Shown: in pieces, positions 47,808 through 57,807 of the stretch
Numbering within the stretch: position 1 is the stretch's first letter
How the letters are laid out: every line of letters begins with the position of its first letter
DNA from: a virus
Lineage: Duplodnaviria; Caudoviricetes
Virus record (IMG/VR): IMGVR_UViG_3300008107_000043
Coordinates: 14,521-78,520 of that record
Reading direction: 5' to 3' (one strand)
DNA: 64,000 bases
Program-made: the position numbers and the translations under genes
Notes under the pieces: model-generated
Seen by the model: only the letters and a program-made list of their open reading frames with translations
Told to the model about the DNA's origin: nothing
The model's database searches: none

Positions 47808-50800
47808 ATGGCAAAGTACATCAGTAACCGTCAAAAAAATCTTAAGATTGGTATTAGTTCATATACCGAAAGTCAGACAGTACTTGAGGTTACTGGTAAA
47901 GTTGGAATTGGAACTACAAACGCAACACAAAAATTAGATATTGTAGGAAATATTAGAATTCGTGGTGGAATTTATGATAAGGACAATAATTCAGGTACAG
48001 ATACTTATGTTCCAATTGCAGATGGTGTTGGAGGATGGAGTTGGCAACCAGTAACTTCTGCTGGAGCTGGTGTACTTGATGGTATTACAATTAAAGAAGA
48101 AGGTTCAACAGTCGGAACTGCTGGAAGTGTTACATTTATTAACTTTGTTGGAGCAGGTGTAACAGCAACTGCAGCAGGTGCTGGAGCCACCATTACTTTT
48201 ACTCAACAAGCTGGACCTCAGGGTATTCAGGGTTCTACAGGTAGTCAAGGTTCTGTTGGTGCTCAAGGATCAACAGGTTCTCAAGGATCAACAGGTGCTC
48301 AAGGTTCAACAGGTGCTCAAGGTTCAACAGGTAGTCAAGGTTCTACTGGAGCACAAGGTACATCAGGTATTCAAGGTGATGTAGGTTCTCAAGGTTCTAC
48401 TGGATCTCAAGGTGCATCAGGTTCTCAAGGTTCTACAGGTTCTCAAGGTTCTACAGGTAGTCAAGGTTCTGTTGGTGCTCAAGGTTCTACAGGTTCTCAA
48501 GGATCAACAGGTAGTCAAGGTTCTGTTGGTTCTCAAGGTACATTAGGTAGTCAAGGTTCTGTTGGTGCTCAAGGATCAACAGGTTCTCAAGGTTCAGCAG
48601 GTGCTCAAGGTTCAACAGGTGCTCAAGGTTCAACAGGTTCTCAAGGTGCATCAGGTATTCAAGGTGATGTAGGTTCTCAAGGTTCTACTGGATCTCAAGG
48701 TGCATCAGGTGCTCAAGGTTCTACTGGAGCACAAGGTTCTACAGGTTCTCAAGGTTCTACAGGTTCTCAAGGTTCAACAGGTTCTCAAGGTTCAACAGGT
48801 GCTCAAGGTTCAACAGGTAGTCAAGGTTCTATAGGTAGTCAAGGTGTCCAGGGTACAACGGGACCAGTAGCAGGATCTGCAAATCAAATTGTTTATAAGG
48901 ATGGTTCTAATAACCCTGCTGGATCTGTCAACTTAACTTTTGATGGTTCCAATCTTTATGTTGGTGGAAATATAACCATTGGTGGTACATCATCATATAT
49001 TGTATCTAACGAACTTAGAATTAAGGATAAGGATCTTGTAGTTGGTATTGTTACAAATTCTCTTGGTAATGATACTTCTACAGATACAACAGCAAATACT
49101 GGTGGTATTGCGATTGCTTCTACCGAAGGCAGTCCATTAGTTAGTTTAAGTTCTGCTGGAGAAGTAACACCAGATACCTATAAGCAGTTAATGTGGTTTA
49201 AGTCTGGTTCCTTTACTGGTCTCAATACTGATGCTTGGATATTTAATTATGGTGTTGGTATTGGTTCTACACAAATTCCATTAGGAGTTAGACTTGCTGC
49301 TGGAGGAATGCAAGTTACTGATACAACTTTAAGCATTCCACAATTGAATGTTTCTGGTGTTTCTACAATATCAGTTAATAGTTCAACTGATGCATTAAGA
49401 ATTACTCAAGAAGGTTCTGGTAATGCATTAGTTGTAGAAGATAGTACAAATCCAGATTCAACTCCATTTGTAGTTACTGGTATTGGTTCTGTTGGAATAG
49501 GAACCACAAATCCAACAACTACTTTACAAGTTCAAGGAACCACAAAAGTAGAAACTTCAATAGGAAGCACTCAATCTATTTGGTATGGTACATTAGACAG
49601 TAAAGGTTATTCTGCAAAATCAGTTAGTTTATTAGTTCAACCAGAAACTGCATATAGTTTTGATGCTTCTCAAACTGTTGGTAAAGCGTATGAACCCGTA
49701 ATATTCAGTCACGCATTAACTTCTGCAAATGGAAGTTATAGCCCATCTCTATATTCATTTCAAAACCTTACTAATGTTGCAGGAACTTCATCTACTGCAA
49801 GAATTAATGGATTTGGATTTTATAATTATGTTTTTAGAAACAGCACCACTGATGTTTCTTCTTATGCATCCAATTCACTTTATGGAATTATAAGTCAAGT
49901 AGTTCAAGGAAATAGTGTAGACCAATCTGTTGTAACTGGATTTGCGTATGGAAATCGTAATGTTGTAGGAATCCAAAAAGCAACTGCAACTACCATTTAT
50001 GGAAATTTTACTACAACAAATATTGGTGCAATAGCAAACAACTCTGCATCCTCAACCAATGCATATGGTTCTTATAACCTTATGCAGGTTGGTGCTGCAT
50101 CAGGAACTGGTATTGGAACTCTCACCAATTACTATGGATATTATGTAGCACCAACAGTAGCACTTACAGGACAACTTACAAATTATTATGGTGTATATCT
50201 AGCAACTCCAATTGTAAATGGAACTCTAACTAATCGTTATTCCATTTATAGTTCTGATACATCTTCACCGATGTATCACGCAGGTTCTATTGGAATAGGA
50301 ACCACAATTCCAACATCAAAACTTACGGTTGAGGGTGATGTAAGAGTTTCTGGTGCTTCTACATTTGTTGGATTAGTAGAACTTGATAGTTCTTTAAGAG
50401 ACTTTTATGGAAATGTAGGTGCCGCTGGTAGTGTTTTAATTGCTACTGGTGCTGGAGTTAGTTGGACTACTCCTTTTGCAGCTGGATTACAAGGAACATC
50501 AGGTGCTCAAGGTTCTACAGGTGCTCAAGGTTCAACAGGTAGTCAAGGTTCAACAGGTGCTCAAGGTTCAACAGGTAGTCAAGGTTCTACTGGAGCACAA
50601 GGTTCTGTTGGTTCTCAAGGTTCTACAGGTTCTCAAGGTTCTGTTGGTTCTCAAGGTTCTACAGGTTCTCAAGGTTCAACAGGTAGTCAAGGTTCAATAG
50701 GTAGTCAAGGTTCTGTTGGTTCTCAAGGATCTACAGGTAGTCAAGGTTCAACAGGTTCTCAAGGTTCTGTTGGTTCTCAAGGATCTACAGGTAGTCAAGG

Positions 50801-52195
50801 TTCTGTTGGTTCTCAAGGATCTACAGGTAGTCAAGGTTCAACAGGTTCTCAAGTCAAGGTTCTGTTGGTTCTCAAGGTTCTCAAGGTTCAACAGGTTCTC
50901 AAGGTTCTACTGGTTCTCAAGGATCTACAGGTAGTCAAGGTTCAACAGGTTCTCAAGGTTCTGTTGGTTCTCAAGGTTCTCAAGGTTCAACAGGTTCTCA
51001 AGGTTCTACTGGTTCTCAAGGTGTCCAGGGTACAACGGGACCAGTAGCAGGATCTGCAAATCAAATTGTTTATAAGGATGCATCTAACAACCCTACAGGT
51101 TCCACTAGTCTCACATATACTGGGGCAGTATCTGGTGTTGGTACTGTTGGTATTGGAACTGTTATTAAAAATGTTCATTACGACACCATAAATTCAGGAA
51201 CTCTTTCTTGGGAAGGTTCTGCTGGGCAGTTATTCAGTATTACTAATAATCTTACCTCTGGTTCTATTTTCTCTGTTAATGATGTTTCGGGTATTCCAAG
51301 TATTGATGTGGGTGCTGGAGGGACAGTTTCTCTTGCACCTTATGGTGGTGATGTTGTAGTGGGACAAGCAATTATTAATAGATGGGTAAGAAAAACCGCA
51401 AACTACACTGCAGTAAATGGCGATGAAATAATAGCGGACACTTCGGGAGGAGCCTTTACAATTACACTTCCAGCAACACCATCAACTGGACATGTTGTTA
51501 AAATTGCAGATGGTGCTGATTGGGCAACGACCAATCTAACAGTAGCAAGAAATGGTTCAACAATTGAAGGTGTTGCCGATGATTATATTTTTAATATCAA
51601 AGGTATTACTGTAGATGTAATTTACGATGGAACTACTTGGGAAATTTATGCCAATGCTGGTCCAAATGGTGCTCAAGGAACCACAGGTGCTCAAGGTACA
51701 CAAGGTACAACAGGCACACAAGGTACTACAGGTGCTCAAGGTATTCAGGGTACTAGTGGTTCGGCTGGAACTCTTACGGATGATACAACAACTAATGCTA
51801 CTAGATATCCGGTATTTGATGATGCAACTTCTGGAACAATTTCTGGATTATTTGTTTCATCATCAAAATTGACATTCAATCCTTCTTCCGGTACTTTATC
51901 TGCTACTGTTTTTACGTCATTATCTGATGAAAATGAAAAAACAGATATTAAAATTATAGAAAACCCTATAGAAAAACTTAACAAACTTGATGGTATAACA
52001 TTTAAGTGGGTAGACAACAATGCTCCTTCATCCGGTGTGATTGCCCAACAAGTTGAAAAAGTTTTGCCGGAACTGATATTAAATATCAATGATAAAAAGA
52101 CAGTTAATTATAATGGTTTGATTGGTCTTTTAATTGAGGGATTTAAAGAATCCCAAAAAGAGATACAAAAGATTAAAACTCATTTATCAATCTAA
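47808..52195 (+). CDS. Collagen-like tail fibre with C-terminal S74 chaperone, interrupted by a frameshift at about 50853
   Basis: G-X-Y repeats continue in another frame after an extra GTCAA at 50853-50857; that frame runs open into the 51308..52195 ORF ending in TSLSD...GVIAQQVEKVLPEL (S74). Confidence 0.75.
48211..48860 (+). repeat. Collagen-like (G-S/A-Q, G-S-T)n tandem repeat block 1
   Basis: 9/18-nt units such as GGTTCTCAAGGTTCAACA. Confidence 0.9.
50484..51037 (+). repeat. Collagen-like (G-S/A-Q, G-S-T)n tandem repeat block 2
   Basis: Same units as block 1; both blocks are followed by GGTGTCCAGGGTACAACGGGACCAGTAGCAGGATCTGCAAATCAAATTGTTTATAAGGATG. Confidence 0.9.
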
Positions 52196-52208
52196 ATAAT
52201 CAATAAAA

Positions 52209-52778
52209 ATGCCCGTTAATCTCTCAACTTTTTTAGGTACAACTTATCAAGGTATTCAAGGCGTTCAAGGAACCACAGGAACTCAAGGTATTCTTGGTGC
52301 TCAAGGAACCACTGGAACTGCAGGAAACAACGGTGGGGTTCCATATACCTTCAGTACAACAGTCACAGACGCTGATCCAGGAAATGGTGTCATCAGATAT
52401 AATAATGCAACTATAGGTGCAGTAAACACCATTTTTATTGATAATAATGATTCCAACTCCAATGTTCAAACAACTTGGTATGATAGTTGGGACGATTCAA
52501 CAAATCCAAACCAAGAAGGATACCTTGTTATTCAAGGAGCAGCAGCAGGAAGCACTGTAGTGAATATTTGGAGTGTTACTGGAGCAGTCACAGTTGCTGC
52601 TGGATATTACAAAATTCCTGTAGCACATATATCTGGTTCTATACCTACTAATGGTGAATCAATTACTGTTTACTTTTCAAGAACTGGTAACCAGGGTTCT
52701 CAAGGTGTTCAGGGAGTTGCTGGAAGCGGTGGAAGCGGTGGATCTATAGAATTATTGGAAGTGATGTTATTCGTATAA
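52209..52778 (+). CDS. Short collagen-repeat structural protein
   Basis: QGIQGVQGTTGTQG repeats flanking a beta domain (DADPGNG.IRYNN). Confidence 0.7.
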   Translation: MPVNLSTFLGTTYQGIQGVQGTTGTQGILGAQGTTGTAGNNGGVPYTFSTTVTDADPGNGVIRYNNATIGAVNTIFIDNNDSNSNVQTTWYDSWDDSTNPNQEGYLVIQGAAAGSTVVNIWSVTGAVTVAAGYYKIPVAHISGSIPTNGESITVYFSRTGNQGSQGVQGVAGSGGSGGSIELLEVMLFV

Positions 52779-52802
52779 ATACTTGGAAAAATATAAGATA
52801 TA

Positions 52803-53195
52803 ATGGCACTTGCAAAAGCAAATTTAGGATTTCCAGTTGTAGTTTCTGCAGGAACAACAGCAACCGTTTATAGTGTTGGTTCTGCAAAAACTGCTTATAT
52901 AAGAAGTATTGCAGTTTATAATAGCACTATCGGTACTGCAAATACAGATTTGTCCCAGCAAGCACAAATTTATATGGTTCCAAATAGTGGAGGATCTGTT
53001 GGAGTTGCAACATCTGCACATAGAATTGCAAGAGTTTCTTTAGCAGCAAATGATACTTTCTTTTTTGAACCACAATACCCAATTACTTTAACAAGTAATG
53101 GAGATAGCATTCAAGTTTTTAATGAAGGAACATTTAATTTAGGAGCGGCAACTAATCCAATTAATGTTGTAGTTTTAGGTGATAGAGAGGCTTGA
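52803..53195 (+). CDS. Small structural protein
   Basis: 130 aa beta-rich, same general type as 47469..47798; TATAAATA upstream. Confidence 0.6.
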   Translation: MALAKANLGFPVVVSAGTTATVYSVGSAKTAYIRSIAVYNSTIGTANTDLSQQAQIYMVPNSGGSVGVATSAHRIARVSLAANDTFFFEPQYPITLTSNGDSIQVFNEGTFNLGAATNPINVVVLGDREA

Positions 53196-53198
53196 TAA

Positions 53199-54086
53199 AT
53201 GGCACCAATAAAAAATACTAACAGAGGATTTATTGGAACATATGTTTCAAAAGTAGGAACAACGCAAAGTTTGGTTGCTGTTGCTGCTACATCTTCTGGA
53301 ACTGTTTTAAGTCCTGGAAATGGATTTACATATCACGTATTTACTTCTCCCGGAAATTTTTATGTAAGTGCTTCTGGTTATGTTGATGCTCTTCTAGTTG
53401 CTGGTGGCGGTGCAGGCGGTGGCGCGGCGATCGCCGGCGGCGGTGGAGCTGGTGGAATGCTGGAAACATATAGAGTATTATTTCCAAATTCTCCAGGAAC
53501 ATATACAATATCTATAGGTTCTGGCGGCGCCGCAGGTAGTAATGGAAATCCATCAACTATTTCTGGTCCTCCTACTTTTACAACACTAACTGCAACAGGT
53601 GGTGGTAGAGGTGGTTTTCCTGGTGGATCTGGTGGTGGTGGAGGAGGTGTTGGAAGTATTTCAACTGGACAAGGAACTCCTGGTGGTCCTAATGGAAGCA
53701 CAGGCGGCGGCGGTGGTGGTGGGGCATCTGAAGCAGGGAGAGTTGGATATTATGCACCTGGCGCAGTTGGTGGGTCAGCTGGCAATGGGGGACTAGGTAG
53801 AGCAGCATTTAATGGTGATCCTGGTATACCACCAGCTTATGGTGTTACTAATTCAACACCTTTACCTGGACGTTGGTTTGCTGGTGGTGGAGGTGGAAAT
53901 GGTCCGCCACCCGGATGGGGAACAAGCGGTGGTATCGGAGGTGGCGCGGGCGGCGCAGCTGCGCCAGCTACAACAGGTAATGCGGGATCTGCTAACACTG
54001 GTGGTGGAGGAGGTGGTGGACCTTCTGCAGGTGGTGCCGGTGGATCTGGAATTATAATAATAAGATATAAAACTTACCCAAATTAA
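53199..54086 (+). CDS. Glycine-rich domain protein (candidate adhesin)
   Basis: YHVFTSPG.F...LLVAGGG.GG...GGGGAGG...FAGGGGG...ANTGGGGGG...GGSGIIIIRY. Confidence 0.75.
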   Translation: MAPIKNTNRGFIGTYVSKVGTTQSLVAVAATSSGTVLSPGNGFTYHVFTSPGNFYVSASGYVDALLVAGGGAGGGAAIAGGGGAGGMLETYRVLFPNSPGTYTISIGSGGAAGSNGNPSTISGPPTFTTLTATGGGRGGFPGGSGGGGGGVGSISTGQGTPGGPNGSTGGGGGGGASEAGRVGYYAPGAVGGSAGNGGLGRAAFNGDPGIPPAYGVTNSTPLPGRWFAGGGGGNGPPPGWGTSGGIGGGAGGAAAPATTGNAGSANTGGGGGGGPSAGGAGGSGIIIIRYKTYPN

Positions 54087-54088
54087 TT

Positions 54089-54964
54089 ATGTCTCCTGTT
54101 AAAAACAATTCACTTGGTGGATTTAAAAATCTTTTTACTTCTAAAATTAGAACCACTAACAACACCGCTGGTATTGCTGCAACATCTACCGGAAGTATTT
54201 TTAGTCCAGGAAATGGATATACTTATCATATTTTTACCTCACCCGGACAATTCTTTGTAGATGAAGGTGGATATGCCGATTATGCGATTGTTGCTGGTGG
54301 TGGAGCTGGTGACGGTAACGGCGGCGGAGGTGGAGCTGGAGGTTATTTGAGTAATATTCCATCAAACCTCAATTTTATATTTCCAGCAGGAACATATACA
54401 ATATCCATAGGTTCTGGTGGTTCATCAGGTAGTAATGGAAATCCATCATCTATTTCTGGTCCTCCTAGGTTTACAACACTAACTGCAACAGGTGGTGGTA
54501 GAGGGAGTACGCCTGGTGGGTCTGGAGGAGGAGGAGCTATTAATGGTTCAGGAGGTGTTGGATCAACTGGACAAGGAAATCCTGGTGGAGCAGGTACACC
54601 TCTTACAGGCGGCGGTGGCGGTGGTGCTGGTGCTGCTGGTGGTACTTCACCACTTGGTCCACCATCCATAGGTGGTTCTGGTGGTATAGGAACAGCAATA
54701 TTTGCAGGGGATACTGGAATTCCTCCTGCATATGGTACTCCAGGACCAGCATCGGGAAGATATGTTTCTGGCGGTGGAGGAGGTAGATGTGCCCCTCCAG
54801 GATGGTCTTCTGGGGGAGGTGCAGGTGGAGGTGCTGTAGGTGTAGCACCACCTAATGGAGGCCGCCATGCTACTAACAACACCGGAGGTGGTGGAGGTGG
54901 TACTGGTGGAGCTGGAGGTGGAAGTGGTGGTTCTGGTATTGTTGTTATAAGATATAGAATTTAA
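54089..54964 (+). CDS. Glycine-rich domain protein, paralogue of 53199..54086
   Basis: Same motif order; shared GTYTISIGSGG..GSNGNPS.ISGPP.FTTLTATGGGRG. Confidence 0.75.
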   Translation: MSPVKNNSLGGFKNLFTSKIRTTNNTAGIAATSTGSIFSPGNGYTYHIFTSPGQFFVDEGGYADYAIVAGGGAGDGNGGGGGAGGYLSNIPSNLNFIFPAGTYTISIGSGGSSGSNGNPSSISGPPRFTTLTATGGGRGSTPGGSGGGGAINGSGGVGSTGQGNPGGAGTPLTGGGGGGAGAAGGTSPLGPPSIGGSGGIGTAIFAGDTGIPPAYGTPGPASGRYVSGGGGGRCAPPGWSSGGGAGGGAVGVAPPNGGRHATNNTGGGGGGTGGAGGGSGGSGIVVIRYRI

Positions 54965-54974
54965 GGAGAATAAA

Positions 54975-55379
54975 ATGGCACATTTTGCAAGATTGGATAC
55001 AAATAATATTGTTACTGAAGTTTTTGTTATTGATAATCTAAATTGTTCAGATTCTAATGGGAATGAAAATGAAAATATTGGAATTAACTATTGTAAGTCT
55101 TTTTATGAACCTGTTTATGGATCTGATACAATCTGGAAACAAACCTCATATAATTCCAAAATAAGAAAAAATTTTGCAGGGATTGGATATTATTATGATG
55201 AAAATTTAGATGCTTTTATTCCACCTAAACCATACAATTCTTGGATTTTAAATAACGAAACTTGTAGATGGGAAGCACCAGTACCTAAACCCGATCTAAC
55301 AGAAGAAGAGAAAGAAGCGGGAATTTATTATGATTGGAACGAAGAAAACGTAAATTGGGAATCAAAAAGTTTTAATTGA
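54975..55379 (+). CDS. Conserved phage protein accompanying Gly-rich proteins
   Basis: MAHFA.LD.NN.V...WKQTSYN..IRKNFAGIGY.YD...DAFIPPKPY.SW.LN..TC.WEAPVP. Confidence 0.7.
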   Translation: MAHFARLDTNNIVTEVFVIDNLNCSDSNGNENENIGINYCKSFYEPVYGSDTIWKQTSYNSKIRKNFAGIGYYYDENLDAFIPPKPYNSWILNNETCRWEAPVPKPDLTEEEKEAGIYYDWNEENVNWESKSFN

Positions 55380-55404
55380 CCTCCATTAAATACTGATATA
55401 TAAT
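55376..55404 (+). promoter_or_regulatory. Sigma70-type promoter with a nested late-promoter motif
   Basis: TTGACC (55376-55381), 17 bp, TATAAT (55399-55404); TAAATA at 55387-55392 within the spacer. Confidence 0.7.
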
Positions 55405-55427
55405 GAATCTGAATACATTATTCACAT

Positions 55428-56048
55428 ATGGCATTTCAATCAATTTGGTATTTTTCAGATATTCCTGAAAAAGTTATAGAGACAATTGAAGAAGATTTAA
55501 CAGATAAGTTTCAAGAGCAGATGGGAGACTCCAGATTGATGGGAGATGCTCTCAATCGTGATAAAAGAAATTCAAAAAATGCCTGGGTTCCAACACATCA
55601 CTGGACTGCAGGATTTGTTTGGCATTATATTGAAAGAGCAAATCGTGAGAATTTTTTATACGACATAAGAAATATTGATGGTGAAAATATGCAATTCACT
55701 CAATATGGAGAAGGTGAATTTTATGGATGGCATAATGATGCTGGAATTTCTTGTCACTATAAACCAGTAAGTGTTGGTAATCATCACGAAGGGAGAGCAC
55801 AAGATTACTTGAATGAAAATCTTGAACTTGTAAGAAAACTTTCCTTTGTGGTTCAACTTTCTGATCCTGATGATTATGAGGGTGGAAATCTTCAACTTCT
55901 TGGTGAAGATGGAAAATCTTATTTTGCTCCAAGAAAAAAAGGAACTGTAATTGTTTTTGACTCACGAACTCAACATCGTGTTCTTAAAGTTACTAAAGGA
56001 CTTCGTAAGAGTTTGGTTGGTTGGGTGGTTGGTCCGAGGTGGAAGTAA
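55428..56048 (+). CDS. 2OG-Fe(II) oxygenase (PKHD/prolyl-hydroxylase type)
   Basis: QFTQY..G.FYGWHND...RKLSF.VQLSDP.DYEGG.L...VFDSR..HRV..VTKG.RKSLVGW..GP. Confidence 0.85.
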   Translation: MAFQSIWYFSDIPEKVIETIEEDLTDKFQEQMGDSRLMGDALNRDKRNSKNAWVPTHHWTAGFVWHYIERANRENFLYDIRNIDGENMQFTQYGEGEFYGWHNDAGISCHYKPVSVGNHHEGRAQDYLNENLELVRKLSFVVQLSDPDDYEGGNLQLLGEDGKSYFAPRKKGTVIVFDSRTQHRVLKVTKGLRKSLVGWVVGPRWK

Positions 56049-56049
56049 T

Positions 56050-56769
56050 ATGGCAGAACAAATGACTGAAGGGCAACTCCTCTTCCAAGAAAGATTTAAC
56101 ACTGGAACATCAAAAACGAATAATTCACAATTTGAAAAAGATGGATATTTGATAATTAAAAATCTTTGGGATCCTCAAGAACTTTATCGTCCAGTTCCTA
56201 AAGAAAGGGGGCAGATTAACTATTGGGGTAAGAAATTAGATCAATTTACATATGAAGAACTTGAGATGCAAGTAGAAGGATCTCTTGCTTGTTATTGGCA
56301 TCCACAATATCGTTCAATTCATTCAGGTATTCGTCTTAAATTAGAGAAAGCATTGGGAAATAAACTTTATAATACTTATTATTATGATCGTTTTTATTTC
56401 CCAGGGCAAGAACTAACAAAACACGCAGATCGTGATGCTTGTGAGATCTCTGTGACGGTTCATATCAGTTCCAATCTTCAAAAACCTTGGCCAATTTGGA
56501 TTAAAACTCCAGATACTTATACTGATGAAAAGAAAACAGCAGTATCAATTGTAGGCGAAAATCGTTCTGTAATTTTAAATACTGGTGATGGTATGGTCTA
56601 TAAAGGATGTGAAAGACCTCATTGGAGAGATCCAATGCCAACCGAATATACAAGAACTTGGTATGGCAAAAGAGTAGAAAAAGACGGACTTTATTATCAT
56701 CAAATCTTTTTCCATTATGTATTAGCAAATGGTCAAAGAGCACATTGTGCTAATGATATGGCAAAATAA
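56050..56769 (+). CDS. 2OG-Fe(II) oxygenase-like protein
   Basis: TYYYDRFY..GQEL.KHADR.ACEISVT...GDG.VYKGC...HWR...QIFFHYV; ATG 56050 follows the previous stop. Confidence 0.65.
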   Translation: MAEQMTEGQLLFQERFNTGTSKTNNSQFEKDGYLIIKNLWDPQELYRPVPKERGQINYWGKKLDQFTYEELEMQVEGSLACYWHPQYRSIHSGIRLKLEKALGNKLYNTYYYDRFYFPGQELTKHADRDACEISVTVHISSNLQKPWPIWIKTPDTYTDEKKTAVSIVGENRSVILNTGDGMVYKGCERPHWRDPMPTEYTRTWYGKRVEKDGLYYHQIFFHYVLANGQRAHCANDMAK

Positions 56770-56835
56770 CTTTTATTGGTTTTGATATATTTTGTCATAA
56801 TATATACATTGATGAACATAAAATTTTTTTAATAT

Positions 56836-57807
56836 ATGCTAGATAATTTTGTAAAACTTGCATTGAAAAATGGCGGGACGATCAAACCACTAATTATTCC
56901 CACCGAATATACAAATGGAACTGGACTTTGTAATCCATCAGTATTTGTAGATAATGGAAAGATATTAGTTAATATTCGTCATATTCAATATACTCTGTAT
57001 CACTCAGAGTTACAAAAATACGAGCATCAATACGGTCCGTTAGTTTATCTCAATCCAGAAAATGACATTTCACTCACAACAACAAACTTTATTTGTGAGT
57101 TGAATGAAAACCTGGAGATTTCTCATTGGTTGAAAGTAGATACTTCTGCTTTTGATAAGAAACCTTTATGGCAGTTTGTAGGACTTGAGGACGCAAGAAT
57201 CGTCAAATGGAACGATAAGTATTATCTTACAGGTGTTCGGAGAGACCTGGATACGATTGGCACAGGAAGAATGGAACTTTCCGAACTTGAGTTTTCGGAA
57301 ACATCAGTCAAGGAAGTTTCAAGATTTCGTATTCCTGGACCACCACCAGATGATGAGTATTGCAACAAGAACTGGATGCCTATTTTAGACCAACCATTTC
57401 ACTATGTAAAATGGACAAATGGTACTCAAATTGTCAAAACTATTCCAGAAGAAAATCGCACAGAGACAGTTGTTCAAAGGGATTGGGTTCAAGCACCAAA
57501 GGACTTGAGAGGTGGTTCTCAAGTCATTCCATATAAAAATGGATACTTAGCACTCAATCACGAAACAGATTTATTCAAGTCTGAAGCGGGAAGAAAGAAC
57601 GCAACATATCGCCATAAGTTTACCTATTGGGATAAGAATTGGAATATTCAGAAGTTTTCGCAAGTCTTCTCATTCTTGGAAAATCAAATTGAGTTCGTCT
57701 GTGGAATGGCAAAGTATGAAAATGATTATTTGATTACATTTGGCATTCAAGATAATGCTGCATATATTTTAAGAGTTCCTGGTTTTTTGATGGAGGAAAT
57801 AATATGA
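56836..57807 (+). CDS. Five-bladed beta-propeller, glycoside hydrolase/phosphorylase-like (GH43/GH130-type fold)
   Basis: CNPSV, GLEDARIV, KNWMP, LRGGSQ, IEFVCG, ITFG.QD motifs. Confidence 0.6.
   Translation: MLDNFVKLALKNGGTIKPLIIPTEYTNGTGLCNPSVFVDNGKILVNIRHIQYTLYHSELQKYEHQYGPLVYLNPENDISLTTTNFICELNENLEISHWLKVDTSAFDKKPLWQFVGLEDARIVKWNDKYYLTGVRRDLDTIGTGRMELSELEFSETSVKEVSRFRIPGPPPDDEYCNKNWMPILDQPFHYVKWTNGTQIVKTIPEENRTETVVQRDWVQAPKDLRGGSQVIPYKNGYLALNHETDLFKSEAGRKNATYRHKFTYWDKNWNIQKFSQVFSFLENQIEFVCGMAKYENDYLITFGIQDNAAYILRVPGFLMEEII

Noticed and set aside
50440-51047. ORFs reading VLKVLLVLKVQQ...
   Set aside because: Alternative-frame translations of the collagen repeat.
51308-52195. Independent gene starting at GTG 51308
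   Set aside because: The frame is open and fibre-like back to 50858; it is the 3' part of the frameshifted fibre gene.
55951-56049. N-terminal extension of the 55951..56769 ORF (likewise 30945, 38337, 60597, 61374, 13916 starts)
   Set aside because: These extensions overlap upstream genes or promoters; downstream ATGs fit coupling, RBS and promoter positions better.
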